A model generated the notes under the pieces. The model was not told the origin of the DNA, did no database searches, and worked only from the letters and a program-made list of their open reading frames with translations. From positions 1 through 25,145 of IMG/VR virus record IMGVR_UViG_3300031625_000232: DNA of 25,145 nt. One strand, given 5' to 3'. Source of the stretch: a virus (lineage: Duplodnaviria; Caudoviricetes). Each line of letters begins with the position of its first letter. The first letter of the stretch is position 1. Below, in pieces: positions 17,234 to 25,145 of this stretch. Both the position numbers and the translations under genes were made by a program.

Positions 17234-17481
17234 GCTTCTGTGTAGATTTTGTGATTCATTAAATCAGTCCAACCTCCAACTAACTTATCATCAACAAAGA
17301 TTTGAGGAACTGTTTTAGCATTAGGTACTGCTTCAAGTAGCATCTCCTTAGTAAACCCATCTGCTCCAATCTTATGTTCTGTATATGCTATGTCTTTTGT
17401 TTCAAAGAAGTGTTTAGCCATATCACAGTAACCACATAAATCTCTGCTGTATATTACAACTTTATATCTAGTATTATACAT
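17230..17481 (-). CDS. Glutaredoxin
   Basis: CGYC active site, TVPQIF, VGG; start at 17481 via TAATG overlap. Confidence 0.93.
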   Translation of the reverse strand: MYNTRYKVVIYSRDLCGYCDMAKHFFETKDIAYTEHKIGADGFTKEMLLEAVPNAKTVPQIFVDDKLVGGWTDLMNHKIYTEA

Positions 17482-17675
17482 TATACTTTTTCTAACCTTT
17501 CTGTCATAGATCCTATAAAACAACTTCCTTCAGTTGCATTGTAATCATTTATTATATCAGGGAGTTTCTTGTTACACTCCTCTAGTTTAGTTATGCCATA
17601 CATCTGTTCTGGATCTATACTCATATTAAATCCACTAAAGGTTAAGTATACTACCAAGATTACCTCATTCATCAC
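17481..17675 (-). CDS. Small two-Cys hypothetical protein
   Basis: Hydrophobic N-terminus, LEEC...GSCF. Confidence 0.55.
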   Translation of the reverse strand: MMNEVILVVYLTFSGFNMSIDPEQMYGITKLEECNKKLPDIINDYNATEGSCFIGSMTERLEKV

Positions 17676-18075
17676 ATACTCGTTTTCTTAGGTCAGTAGT
17701 ACTAAATCGGTGATCTCTTTTATTAAAATATAATTCAATATCTCTAGCTTTACAAACATCTCTACCTGTAAAATCTTTTTCTTTATATTCTACACCCAAG
17801 AATCTTACGTCTAATTGAAACAAACTTAGTATGTCTATTACATCTACTTCTGTTTGATAAGGTACAATCTCGTTAACAAATTTTAATGCATTTAATTGTG
17901 TATAACGTTCTACCATTGTTTGTATTGGTTTGTTTTTTGTGTCCGGTCTATCAATAGTAGGATCGCTTTGTAGACCAACAATAAGATAATCGCAATTTGC
18001 TTTTGCTTCTCGTAACATACCAACATGTCCTGCATGAAGTAAGTCAAATGTACTAAATGTAATACCTACTCTCAT
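17665..18075 (-). CDS. Cytidylyltransferase (glycerol-3-phosphate cytidylyltransferase/TagD-like)
   Basis: TFDLLHAGH (HxGH), LIVGLQSD, ER, RxxxxSTT motif. Confidence 0.88.
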   Translation of the reverse strand: MRVGITFSTFDLLHAGHVGMLREAKANCDYLIVGLQSDPTIDRPDTKNKPIQTMVERYTQLNALKFVNEIVPYQTEVDVIDILSLFQLDVRFLGVEYKEKDFTGRDVCKARDIELYFNKRDHRFSTTDLRKRVCDE

Positions 18076-18815
18076 GATCGTAATCTTTTATTTGTTTTAA
18101 TTACGCTATCTAATATTGGTAAGTTATATGCATTACTAAATGCTTCTGTATCTTTAGGAAAACATTTACCACCAAATCCTAATCCACCATCACTGTTTGG
18201 TACATTCATATGTGTAGATCCAATTGTATCAAAAAATGATAGACCTTCAATTAGTTTATCATGATTGTATTCATCTCCACACTTATTATATAAGTCATGA
18301 AAGAAAGCAACTTTTGTTGCAAGCCAGCAATTATGAACATACTTAATTATACTTGCAGTAGCTAAATCTGTAACAAAGAATTCTTTTGGAAATAAACTCT
18401 CCGTCCAAACATTTACTTTAGTATATACATCTTTCCAAAACTCGACATCTTGTCCAGCAAGTATTAGAGGAAAATTGTTGTTAGTAGTAGGGTTAATTTC
18501 ACTTATAAATTCTGGACTGTATGTACACTCTTTGTACTTAATAATTTGTTTAGGTAAGATTGTACTTTTAATAAGAATTGGAGTATTGTATTGTTGTATA
18601 TTATCATATGCTTCAGCAATTAAGCTATCGTCACACACTCCAAGTACTGTTGGAGTAGGTAAGCAAAGTACCCAAGCATCTGAGTCTGTATTCTGTTCTA
18701 TAGTATTAGAATTAAGTGCTGGATCAATTCTTACAATTTTATTTGTGAGAACTGATTCTAATTCAAAAGCTACTTGTTCGCCAACGTAGCCACATCCGAT
18801 AATTGAAATTTTCAT
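18072..18815 (-). CDS. UDP-glucose/GDP-mannose dehydrogenase family, short form
   Basis: IIGCGYVG, CLPTP, IKSTI, SPEF, IKYxxN, GFGGKCFPKD; start MKISII at 18815. Confidence 0.88.
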   Translation of the reverse strand: MKISIIGCGYVGEQVAFELESVLTNKIVRIDPALNSNTIEQNTDSDAWVLCLPTPTVLGVCDDSLIAEAYDNIQQYNTPILIKSTILPKQIIKYKECTYSPEFISEINPTTNNNFPLILAGQDVEFWKDVYTKVNVWTESLFPKEFFVTDLATASIIKYVHNCWLATKVAFFHDLYNKCGDEYNHDKLIEGLSFFDTIGSTHMNVPNSDGGLGFGGKCFPKDTEAFSNAYNLPILDSVIKTNKRLRS

Positions 18816-19075
18816 TAGTGTAACGTAAGAGTGCCAATTTTTCTGGCCATCTTCTCCCTGCATTCTGGTATAGTTGCTCTAACAGTTTCAAGCAATTTTG
18901 AGATCTCTTGATCATCTAACATTATAGTATATAGCTCTATAGCAGTAGCTACTAATGTGCCTGCAACCATTAACAGTTGTTGATCGCCTTCTGGACCGAT
19001 GCGAGTAGAAACTATGTCCCACAGTTCTTGTTGCAATTCAGTTATATCAGCATCGGTTATTTCATCCTTAGACAT
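18815..19075 (-). CDS. Hypothetical helical protein
   Basis: 86-aa ORF coupled to neighbours on both sides. Confidence 0.65.
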   Translation of the reverse strand: MSKDEITDADITELQQELWDIVSTRIGPEGDQQLLMVAGTLVATAIELYTIMLDDQEISKLLETVRATIPECREKMARKIGTLTLH

Positions 19076-19402
19076 TTATTGTGTTCTCCTTCCATCAAAT
19101 ACACATACAAAATAAACTCCATATGGTCCTGCATGAACTCTATGAAAAACACCGTCTTCGATGAGTACTACATCACCTTCTCTAAACTTTATAAATTTAT
19201 CATCAAGTTCTAGTCTACCGCTCCCTTGAACAAAATAATAAACTTCCTCTTGCCCTTCGTGCTTGTGTCCGTTAGTACTTTTCATAGGTTGCAATTTTGT
19301 GCTACTTATTACTAGATTTTTTAATGTGGTATTATCTTTAACAATATACCTGTCATCTTCCTTAGCAACTATGCCACCAATATCTCTAATTGATAAAGTC
19401 AT
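19076..19402 (-). CDS. Cupin-domain protein (sugar isomerase-like)
   Basis: GHKHxxQEEVY...G-G...GD...GVFHRV. Confidence 0.85.
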   Translation of the reverse strand: MTLSIRDIGGIVAKEDDRYIVKDNTTLKNLVISSTKLQPMKSTNGHKHEGQEEVYYFVQGSGRLELDDKFIKFREGDVVLIEDGVFHRVHAGPYGVYFVCVFDGRRTQ

Positions 19403-19608
19403 GTTATCTTATCTCCTGAGTATACTACTGTAAACTCCTTGCCAATAAAATCAATCCAAGACTCATGAATTTCATTTTGAGGAGTAACAACTGCACCTTT
19501 ATATGATCCGCCAAGTTTTAATTGCATAAACTTGTAACTTGCTTCTTCTGTTCCTAATGTTCGACCTCGTTTTGTTTTAACACTAGTCATAGTAATAATT
19601 TTATCCAT
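19399..19608 (-). CDS. Hypothetical small protein
   Basis: 69-aa ORF overlapping both neighbours; SD AAGGA. Confidence 0.55.
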   Translation of the reverse strand: MDKIITMTSVKTKRGRTLGTEEASYKFMQLKLGGSYKGAVVTPQNEIHESWIDFIGKEFTVVYSGDKIT

Positions 19609-20626
19609 GATCCTTATACCTTTGACAATTATACCATGCCCACGAAGTTCGAATAATATTATCTAACGTCGAGTTACTTGCTTTCCATCCTGATAACATT
19701 TCTAATTTTTTTGGATTAGCTACTAGCCTAGGTGGATCGCCAGGCCTACGTGGCCCATTATGCACTAAAAGAGTTTTATTAGTAAGTCGTTCAACTGCAC
19801 TAATAATCTCTTTAATTGAATAGCCTCTTCCGGATCCTAAGTTATAGACCTCAAAAGGCTTATCTGGTTTAAATTGTTTAGATATTTCAAAAGCGGTTTG
19901 ATGTCCACGAGCAATATCAGTTACATGCAAGTAATCTCTTACACATGTACCATCTGGTGTATCGTAGTCATTACCGTTAAGGGTAAATACATCTTTCTTA
20001 ATTAATGCTTCCATAATACGAGCAATAAGATGTGTTGCTTGTTTAAGTTGTCCATGTCTAACTTCGTTATCAGCACCACAGGCATTAAAGTATCGTAAGC
20101 AGATTGCTTTAAATCCATATGCAATAGCACAATCTTCAATAACTTTTTCTGCCATTAACTTACTCGTACCATATGGACTAGGAGGAACAGTTTCTGAATT
20201 TTCTTTTAACGAGTCATATTTTAATGCGGCATTTTCTGCATACACTGCGGCTGAACTTGAGAAAATAAAGACTCCTTTAAATTTCATAATACCTAATGCT
20301 TTAAGTAATTTAGATGTCTGTCCAACATTATTAATATAGTACAAGGCAGGATCTGTAACACTAGGTCCTACTAAACTCTCACCAGCACAATGGATTACTG
20401 CTACTGGGTTAAGTGTTTGAAGTTGGCGTAAAAAGATCCCGTTTGCATAATCACCTGGTACAAATGAATCAATCATACCATCTCGTAAATATTGTCCAGC
20501 AGACTGGCTTCTATCAACTCCTAGGATTTTATATCCTAACCCTTTAAAATGTAATACAGTCTGTCCGCCAATGTAACCATTGCATCCTGTAATAGCAATC
20601 CATTCTTCTCGTTCTGCTGATTCCAT
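19601..20626 (-). CDS. galE: UDP-glucose 4-epimerase
   Basis: TGxxGYIG, SLVGPSVxDPxxYY, FSSSAAVY, YGTSK, LRYFNACGA, DGTCVRDYLHV, RRPGDP. Confidence 0.92.
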   Translation of the reverse strand: MESAEREEWIAITGCNGYIGGQTVLHFKGLGYKILGVDRSQSAGQYLRDGMIDSFVPGDYANGIFLRQLQTLNPVAVIHCAGESLVGPSVTDPALYYINNVGQTSKLLKALGIMKFKGVFIFSSSAAVYAENAALKYDSLKENSETVPPSPYGTSKLMAEKVIEDCAIAYGFKAICLRYFNACGADNEVRHGQLKQATHLIARIMEALIKKDVFTLNGNDYDTPDGTCVRDYLHVTDIARGHQTAFEISKQFKPDKPFEVYNLGSGRGYSIKEIISAVERLTNKTLLVHNGPRRPGDPPRLVANPKKLEMLSGWKASNSTLDNIIRTSWAWYNCQRYKDHG

Positions 20627-20637
20627 TATTTACACCT

Positions 20638-21822
20638 TTAATATTTTGTAGTTGCTACATGATCTCTATATCTGTTACCAGACCTAGACCATTGTTTACC
20701 TTCACCTTGCATAATGTCAAGCATACGATCAATAGTACCATCAGTCCAATCACTAATAGGTCCTTGATTAACTGGTCCTTGTAGTAGTTTTTCTAACTTC
20801 ATAATTGCATCTTCCTGACTCCAAGGAACATATAAACGTTCATGATCATTATTAAAAGTTTCTGGGAAACTCCTATAAGCTGGATATAAAACATTGCATC
20901 CTAGTGTGTCTGCTTCACTTACAGTATTACTAACCCAATCTTGTAACGCACAATTAAACAAAACTTTACTATCATTAAGTATAGCATAATAATCATTCTT
21001 TTGCAAGTCATTATATATTGTAAGATGCCCTTTTTCTTGCATTGCTTTTGCACGTTCAATATACTTAGAATTATTAGACCGTAAAGGTCCGCCACTTAGT
21101 ACTGCAAATTCAATCCTTTCATTTTCTTTAAAGTGTGTTGAATTGTAAGTATCAATAAGATCCATAAAGAAATCAGGTTGTTTTTCTTGATCAAACCTTG
21201 CCGCAAATACAACTCGATTTTTTCGTGTATTCCAATCTTGTACATTGCCACCAACACGCCCTAATACTTCTTCTTTACCAAAGCTAAGTCCACTAATATT
21301 ATAAATTGGTGCTTTCCAATTAGCAATACGCATATGAGCAACCATTTCCTCATCAGTTGCTAGGATAGAAACATTAGGAATCTCATTACACATTTGTTCG
21401 TATAACGACATCCATTTGCTCATTCCCCATACATGAACAAAGTCATCAGGGTCAATTGCTTGTGCTAGGCAACGTAGAAATATTTTAGGTCGTTGCTCTG
21501 CTGGTATCTGACACATGATATAAGGTAGTGACTCCATACCAGGTTGGAACATATCTTCAAAAAAGACAACATCGTCACCTGTACATTCTCCACTTCGCAT
21601 CATTTGTACTAAGTTCATCATCTGACTCATACCAAAGTATGAACGTCCGTGAGCATCTAGTACTTGTCCTACACTAATTGCTTTAGTATCGTCGATTGTA
21701 GTTCCAGGAACAATAGTATAATCAATATTCCTTTTTTGAAATTTAGCAACACTCCACTGTTGAAGCTGAAGTGTATACCTGCCTTCATAAGGTTCAAGCC
21801 CCATGTAGAATAGCCTACGCAT
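20638..21822 (-). CDS. GT-B fold glycosyltransferase (GT4-like)
   Basis: C-terminal donor-binding features VVFAARFDQEKQP and DWVSNTVSEA...GC...P...FPE. Confidence 0.75.
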   Translation of the reverse strand: MRRLFYMGLEPYEGRYTLQLQQWSVAKFQKRNIDYTIVPGTTIDDTKAISVGQVLDAHGRSYFGMSQMMNLVQMMRSGECTGDDVVFFEDMFQPGMESLPYIMCQIPAEQRPKIFLRCLAQAIDPDDFVHVWGMSKWMSLYEQMCNEIPNVSILATDEEMVAHMRIANWKAPIYNISGLSFGKEEVLGRVGGNVQDWNTRKNRVVFAARFDQEKQPDFFMDLIDTYNSTHFKENERIEFAVLSGGPLRSNNSKYIERAKAMQEKGHLTIYNDLQKNDYYAILNDSKVLFNCALQDWVSNTVSEADTLGCNVLYPAYRSFPETFNNDHERLYVPWSQEDAIMKLEKLLQGPVNQGPISDWTDGTIDRMLDIMQGEGKQWSRSGNRYRDHVATTKY

Positions 21823-22241
21823 TATACTACTACAGTTTTACGAGCAGGGAAACAACATGATCCATCTGCTACATGGTCACTATCGTAGAAATTCTTATAA
21901 ATTCCTACATGAATCTTTAGTACCTTTGCAGTACGTTCAGCAGTACCTTGCACATGAAATGTATAAGTAAAACTTCGGTTGCCGGTATCAGTATGAAACC
22001 GGCTTGCAGGTTCATCAATAGTATAACTAAAGATTTGATTTGACTTTTTCAAGTCCTCAAGATATGGAACATAAAGTTCCAATGGCAACTTTGCCAACTC
22101 AGGAGTAAGATAGCCATCATATAGCTCTGAAATCTTTAATAGATCAAACTTAATATGAGCTAAGTTTAAAGACTTCTGCCTACGTGGTTGACTGAAGCGA
22201 ATGTGTCGTTGCACATTAATCGAATTGTCGGAAACAACCAT
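21822..22241 (-). CDS. Hypothetical protein
   Basis: Likely start at 22241 (or 22247) after GAGGA; TAATG-coupled to the glycosyltransferase. Confidence 0.6.
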   Translation of the reverse strand: MVVSDNSINVQRHIRFSQPRRQKSLNLAHIKFDLLKISELYDGYLTPELAKLPLELYVPYLEDLKKSNQIFSYTIDEPASRFHTDTGNRSFTYTFHVQGTAERTAKVLKIHVGIYKNFYDSDHVADGSCCFPARKTVVV

Positions 22242-22587
22242 TTTCATTATCCTCTGATACATCGATCCATACAGATCGGTTTGTGTACTTATTATTAATT
22301 TCTTTATATAAATCTTCTGCAATCATTTCGCAACTCTTATAATCAAGTTGTAAAGTTTTGCCTTTGTAAAGATTTATACACCATCGTTTAAATTGAATAA
22401 ACTCTACATCTCTATCGTCATGGAATACCTCTAAGTGTACTTTAAAATGAAAAATGTGTCTATGTAAGTCTGCTAGAAAACTTACATCATACTCGTCACC
22501 TGTAGCCAGTTTAGGGTCTGTTGCCGCGGCTGGGTAACAATGTATACCTTCTAGTTGGAAAGTAATCCAGATCATGTCTTTTGACAT
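22216..22587 (-). CDS. QueD/PTPS-like T-fold protein with LxxxHRHxF motif (DpdL-like CDG decarboxylase candidate)
   Basis: EGIH, FLADLHRHIFH, DRDVEF, SCEMIA, VSEDNENG; lacks the QueD CxxxHGH motif. Confidence 0.75.
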   Translation of the reverse strand: MSKDMIWITFQLEGIHCYPAAATDPKLATGDEYDVSFLADLHRHIFHFKVHLEVFHDDRDVEFIQFKRWCINLYKGKTLQLDYKSCEMIAEDLYKEINNKYTNRSVWIDVSEDNENGCFRQFD

Positions 22588-22614
22588 ATTCTCTGTCCTT
22601 TTTGTTAGTTAATG

Positions 22615-22944
22615 TTAATCGTCAATGTAATTTTCAGCTTTTAAATACAACCACATTTTCCAGTCAATTGCACCAAGGAATTGGTTTGTACTTTCTAGCT
22701 GATTTTCAATAGCAGTTAGACGTGTTAGAATTTCGTCATTGCTTACTGTTGAAACTGGGGGAACAACACTATTGTCTGTTTGTTCTATATTGTCATCTTG
22801 TTCTATTGCATCAGATGCAATAAGATCATTATCAGAATTCCTAGATTTTGGTCTAGGCTTTTTAGTAATAGGAATTCGTTTTGCTGGTTTAGATTCACCA
22901 TCACCGTGCGTTCCGACATCTCCAAGATCTAATTTTTCTGACAT
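22615..22944 (-). CDS. Hypothetical protein, disordered N-terminus and C-terminal coiled coil
   Basis: 109-aa ORF, SD AAGGA. Confidence 0.65.
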   Translation of the reverse strand: MSEKLDLGDVGTHGDGESKPAKRIPITKKPRPKSRNSDNDLIASDAIEQDDNIEQTDNSVVPPVSTVSNDEILTRLTAIENQLESTNQFLGAIDWKMWLYLKAENYIDD

Positions 22945-23015
22945 ATTATAATCCTTTAACTTGTTTCATGTTGTATATATAGTTACTTAAATATTCTAGC
23001 ATCTGTTAGCCGAAA

Positions 23016-23543
23016 CTAATCTAAATAAGAAATAGTCTCGTCTTTTTCGTAATGTTCCCAAGGTGTCATAATTTCATCGGCAGTTAAATCTGCAACATTG
23101 TGACACCAAACACCATTATTAGATCCTTTAAATTCTGCATCTGCAATCTTAACAATAAGGTTAGGGTTAATAGTTTTAACATCAGGAATATGAACACTTA
23201 GCAACGGAATAAACTTTTTAGATTTCCATACTTCTGGTTTAATTATATTTAAAAATGTCTTATGCAAATAAGATTCATAATCAAACGACACCCAAAAGTC
23301 TTTAGCTAATAGTTCTGTTATTGTCTTACTCCAATCATTTTTTGGAAATGAAGTAGTGTAAGTGTTAACACTATGATTTGCACCTAAGTATATATGAGGA
23401 GTTTCGTGTTCCCTTGCTACCTCAATAATTAACTTAGAAGCAGGATGTCCTTGAACAAACAATGTTTTCTTACCAAATGCCGCCGTATGTTCTACTTCAA
23501 TTCCTGTAAAGAATTCTGCTAAATCATAATTATCTATTGCCAT
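23016..23543 (-). CDS. Hypothetical protein within the deazaguanine locus
   Basis: 175 aa; enzyme-like motifs GIEVEHT, HIYLGANHS, GVWCH. Confidence 0.7.
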   Translation of the reverse strand: MAIDNYDLAEFFTGIEVEHTAAFGKKTLFVQGHPASKLIIEVAREHETPHIYLGANHSVNTYTTSFPKNDWSKTITELLAKDFWVSFDYESYLHKTFLNIIKPEVWKSKKFIPLLSVHIPDVKTINPNLIVKIADAEFKGSNNGVWCHNVADLTADEIMTPWEHYEKDETISYLD

Positions 23544-23544
23544 A

Positions 23545-24294
23545 TTATTTGCCCTTTAGAAGTGTTTCAATTTCATTGAAATCATTGTTAATTTTATTTA
23601 CTGAGTTATATAAATCGTATGAAAGAGCACTATATTCTTTTACAATCAAATCAAAATTATCTTCTAATACTGTTGACAAGTTATCTAAGTTTGTTACAAA
23701 TCCAAGTCCTGTTGGAAAAGTAGGAATAGTTCTTGCTACAAGATCAGTTCTATACTTGTTAATAATATGCATAAACTTCCAAGTGTCACCTGCCCAATAA
23801 AATGTATTCCAATCTCTAGTAGCAGTTTCTGGAACTACAGGAAATACATCATGGAATAATACTACAGTATCCTTTGTAGAGTGTTTTTCAATGTTAATAA
23901 AATCTCTAAGTACTTGATCATAATGATGTAATCCATCTACAAAGGCAAGTTGAATTGGACCGTTTAATAATGCCTTTACCTCAAATTTATTAAAGAAGTT
24001 ATCACTTGTTTCAGAATAAACTGTAGTGTTACTTGTAAGTTTAACGTCAATAAGCGGCTCTGGGTCTACTCCAACAGTAAGTGTATCTTTGCTAACGTAC
24101 TGCAACGACTTACCAGTATTCACACCAATTTCTAAATAGTTTGATGGTTGCATTGTTTTATGAAACCACTGCAACCAATCAGTATATTGTACACCTGGCA
24201 ACAAACGTTCGGTAGTCTCTTCATGTCTTGCTTTTTCTTCAAGATTTTTTCCTGCTTGTTGCGGTTCGTCGATCTTAATACTAGTCATGTTCAT
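23545..24294 (-). CDS. Class I SAM-dependent methyltransferase (Methyltransf_24-like)
   Basis: YLEIGVNTGKS, GVDP, AFVDGLHHY, VLFHD. Confidence 0.88.
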   Translation of the reverse strand: MNMTSIKIDEPQQAGKNLEEKARHEETTERLLPGVQYTDWLQWFHKTMQPSNYLEIGVNTGKSLQYVSKDTLTVGVDPEPLIDVKLTSNTTVYSETSDNFFNKFEVKALLNGPIQLAFVDGLHHYDQVLRDFINIEKHSTKDTVVLFHDVFPVVPETATRDWNTFYWAGDTWKFMHIINKYRTDLVARTIPTFPTGLGFVTNLDNLSTVLEDNFDLIVKEYSALSYDLYNSVNKINNDFNEIETLLKGK

Positions 24295-25145
24295 ACCTCT
24301 GCTCCGACTATTAGTTGTGCCAATGCCTCATCATTAGGATCATCATACATACCTGACTCTGCCATTACTTCTGTAGTACTGCCATCATCTGTATCAAACA
24401 AATCGTTAACTGAATCTGCACCCGTCTTGCGACCTTTTCGACCGGAAAACTCATTCATTAATTGCACACACTGATCTAGTAATGTGTATGGTTCTTCACT
24501 TTTAAATACCATATCAACTAGTGTCATCATATATAGACAATTCCTAGGTACCCAAAGATCCACTTGACCTTCTTGTGTACGTTGTCTTGTCTTACGCCAT
24601 TCTCTTGGATCCGGCTTATTTAAACTCCAGGCAATATCAGCTAAGTTATTAGCTCGTTGTACAGATTGTATATGTTGATCTACATTATGTGCCATAATCA
24701 AACTATAAGAAAATGTATCCCAGCTTGTTTTAGAAACTTTACCATTTTTGTTTGCTTGACCTGGAGCATAAGTGCAAACATCTCCCATAGTAATTCTATC
24801 TCCAACTGCTGACGACCAAGGCCAAGGGGTTTTACTACCACTAAGTTCTCGGCTATCAACAGCCTTTTCCATTACATATGTCATACGTTCGTTTGTGTGT
24901 ACATGTTGAGTGTAGGTTAAACCGTATGCCGTGCTAACGAATGGAGATGCACAGTCGTATGTTACTAGTAAGTTAGGATTGACAGTTGCCTTCAAGGCCC
25001 TTTGAATCGCCGTTAAAAAGATTGCCCATTCCAATCGACTTGTTCCAAGCACATGAAGTACATCACGTCCTGGATCAAGCATTCCTTCGTCACGCATTTG
25101 AATTAACCTACGAAGCAATAGGTGGGCATCTTGCATATTGTTACC
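24291..25145 (-). CDS. dpdA: TGT-superfamily guanine transglycosylase (DpdA-like), 5'-truncated by the window edge
   Basis: Frame open to the edge (GNNMQDAH...); LHVLGTS and VTYDCASPF match the TGT/DpdA HxLG and catalytic-Asp strands; late HN motif; context with folE, queE and the T-fold gene. Confidence 0.7.
   Translation of the reverse strand, partial: GNNMQDAHLLLRRLIQMRDEGMLDPGRDVLHVLGTSRLEWAIFLTAIQRALKATVNPNLLVTYDCASPFVSTAYGLTYTQHVHTNERMTYVMEKAVDSRELSGSKTPWPWSSAVGDRITMGDVCTYAPGQANKNGKVSKTSWDTFSYSLIMAHNVDQHIQSVQRANNLADIAWSLNKPDPREWRKTRQRTQEGQVDLWVPRNCLYMMTLVDMVFKSEEPYTLLDQCVQLMNEFSGRKGRKTGADSVNDLFDTDDGSTTEVMAESGMYDDPNDEALAQLIVGAEV

Noticed and set aside
11390-20626. Bacterial chromosome origin suggested by iscU, fdxA, folE and galE
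   Set aside because: These genes lack their usual operon partners (e.g. no iscS/hscA) and are mixed with T4-type RNase H, many small orphans and late-type promoters, which fits phage auxiliary genes.
3529-24474. Remaining plus-strand ORFs in the track (e.g. 3529, 3921, 4748, 8127, 8168, 8618, 8773, 9372, 9997, 10721, 11514, 11899, 12327, 13222, 13568, 16479, 18475, 18977, 22739, 23537, 24148)
   Set aside because: All lie antisense to better-supported minus-strand genes and show no recognisable motifs.
1-25145. CRISPR array, tRNA/rRNA, IS elements, introns, stop-codon reassignment
   Set aside because: No spaced repeats, cloverleafs or transposases seen; known genes are full-length in the standard code with TAA, TAG and TGA all used as stops.

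Overview
AT-rich, gene-dense segment of a large lytic dsDNA phage genome (T4-like/jumbo myovirus character, probably aquatic with a proteobacterial host, inferred from host-like FdxA and IscU). Almost all genes are on the minus strand. The right half (about 13.2-25.1 kb) is a largely translationally coupled 7-deazaguanine DNA-modification locus. It holds a TGT/DpdA-like transglycosylase (5'-truncated by the window edge), FolE, a QueE with an unusual CX3CX38C motif and a QueD-like T-fold protein with LxxxHRHxF (DpdL-like). These are interleaved with a GT-B glycosyltransferase, GalE, a UDP-sugar dehydrogenase, a cytidylyltransferase, a cupin, a SAM methyltransferase and a purine PRTase. No QueC, QueF or canonical QueD is visible in the window. 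The best candidate for a new system is a sugar-decorated 7-deazaguanine DNA hypermodification; this is inference. The left half holds IscU, T4-type RNase H, a MoxR-like AAA ATPase plus a metallopeptidase-VWA partner, a PiT-like transporter, a stand-alone very acidic protein, and a group of tailoring enzymes (desaturase, 2OG-Fe(II) oxygenase, and an Asn-synthetase-like gene missed by the ORF track). Regulatory signals include five AGGTTGACWTTA sigma70-type promoters, several (A)TAAATA late-type promoters (two forming a perfect divergent inverted repeat), an IHF consensus site and a terminator. No tRNA, rRNA, CRISPR array or IS was seen. All assignments come from motif recognition by eye.
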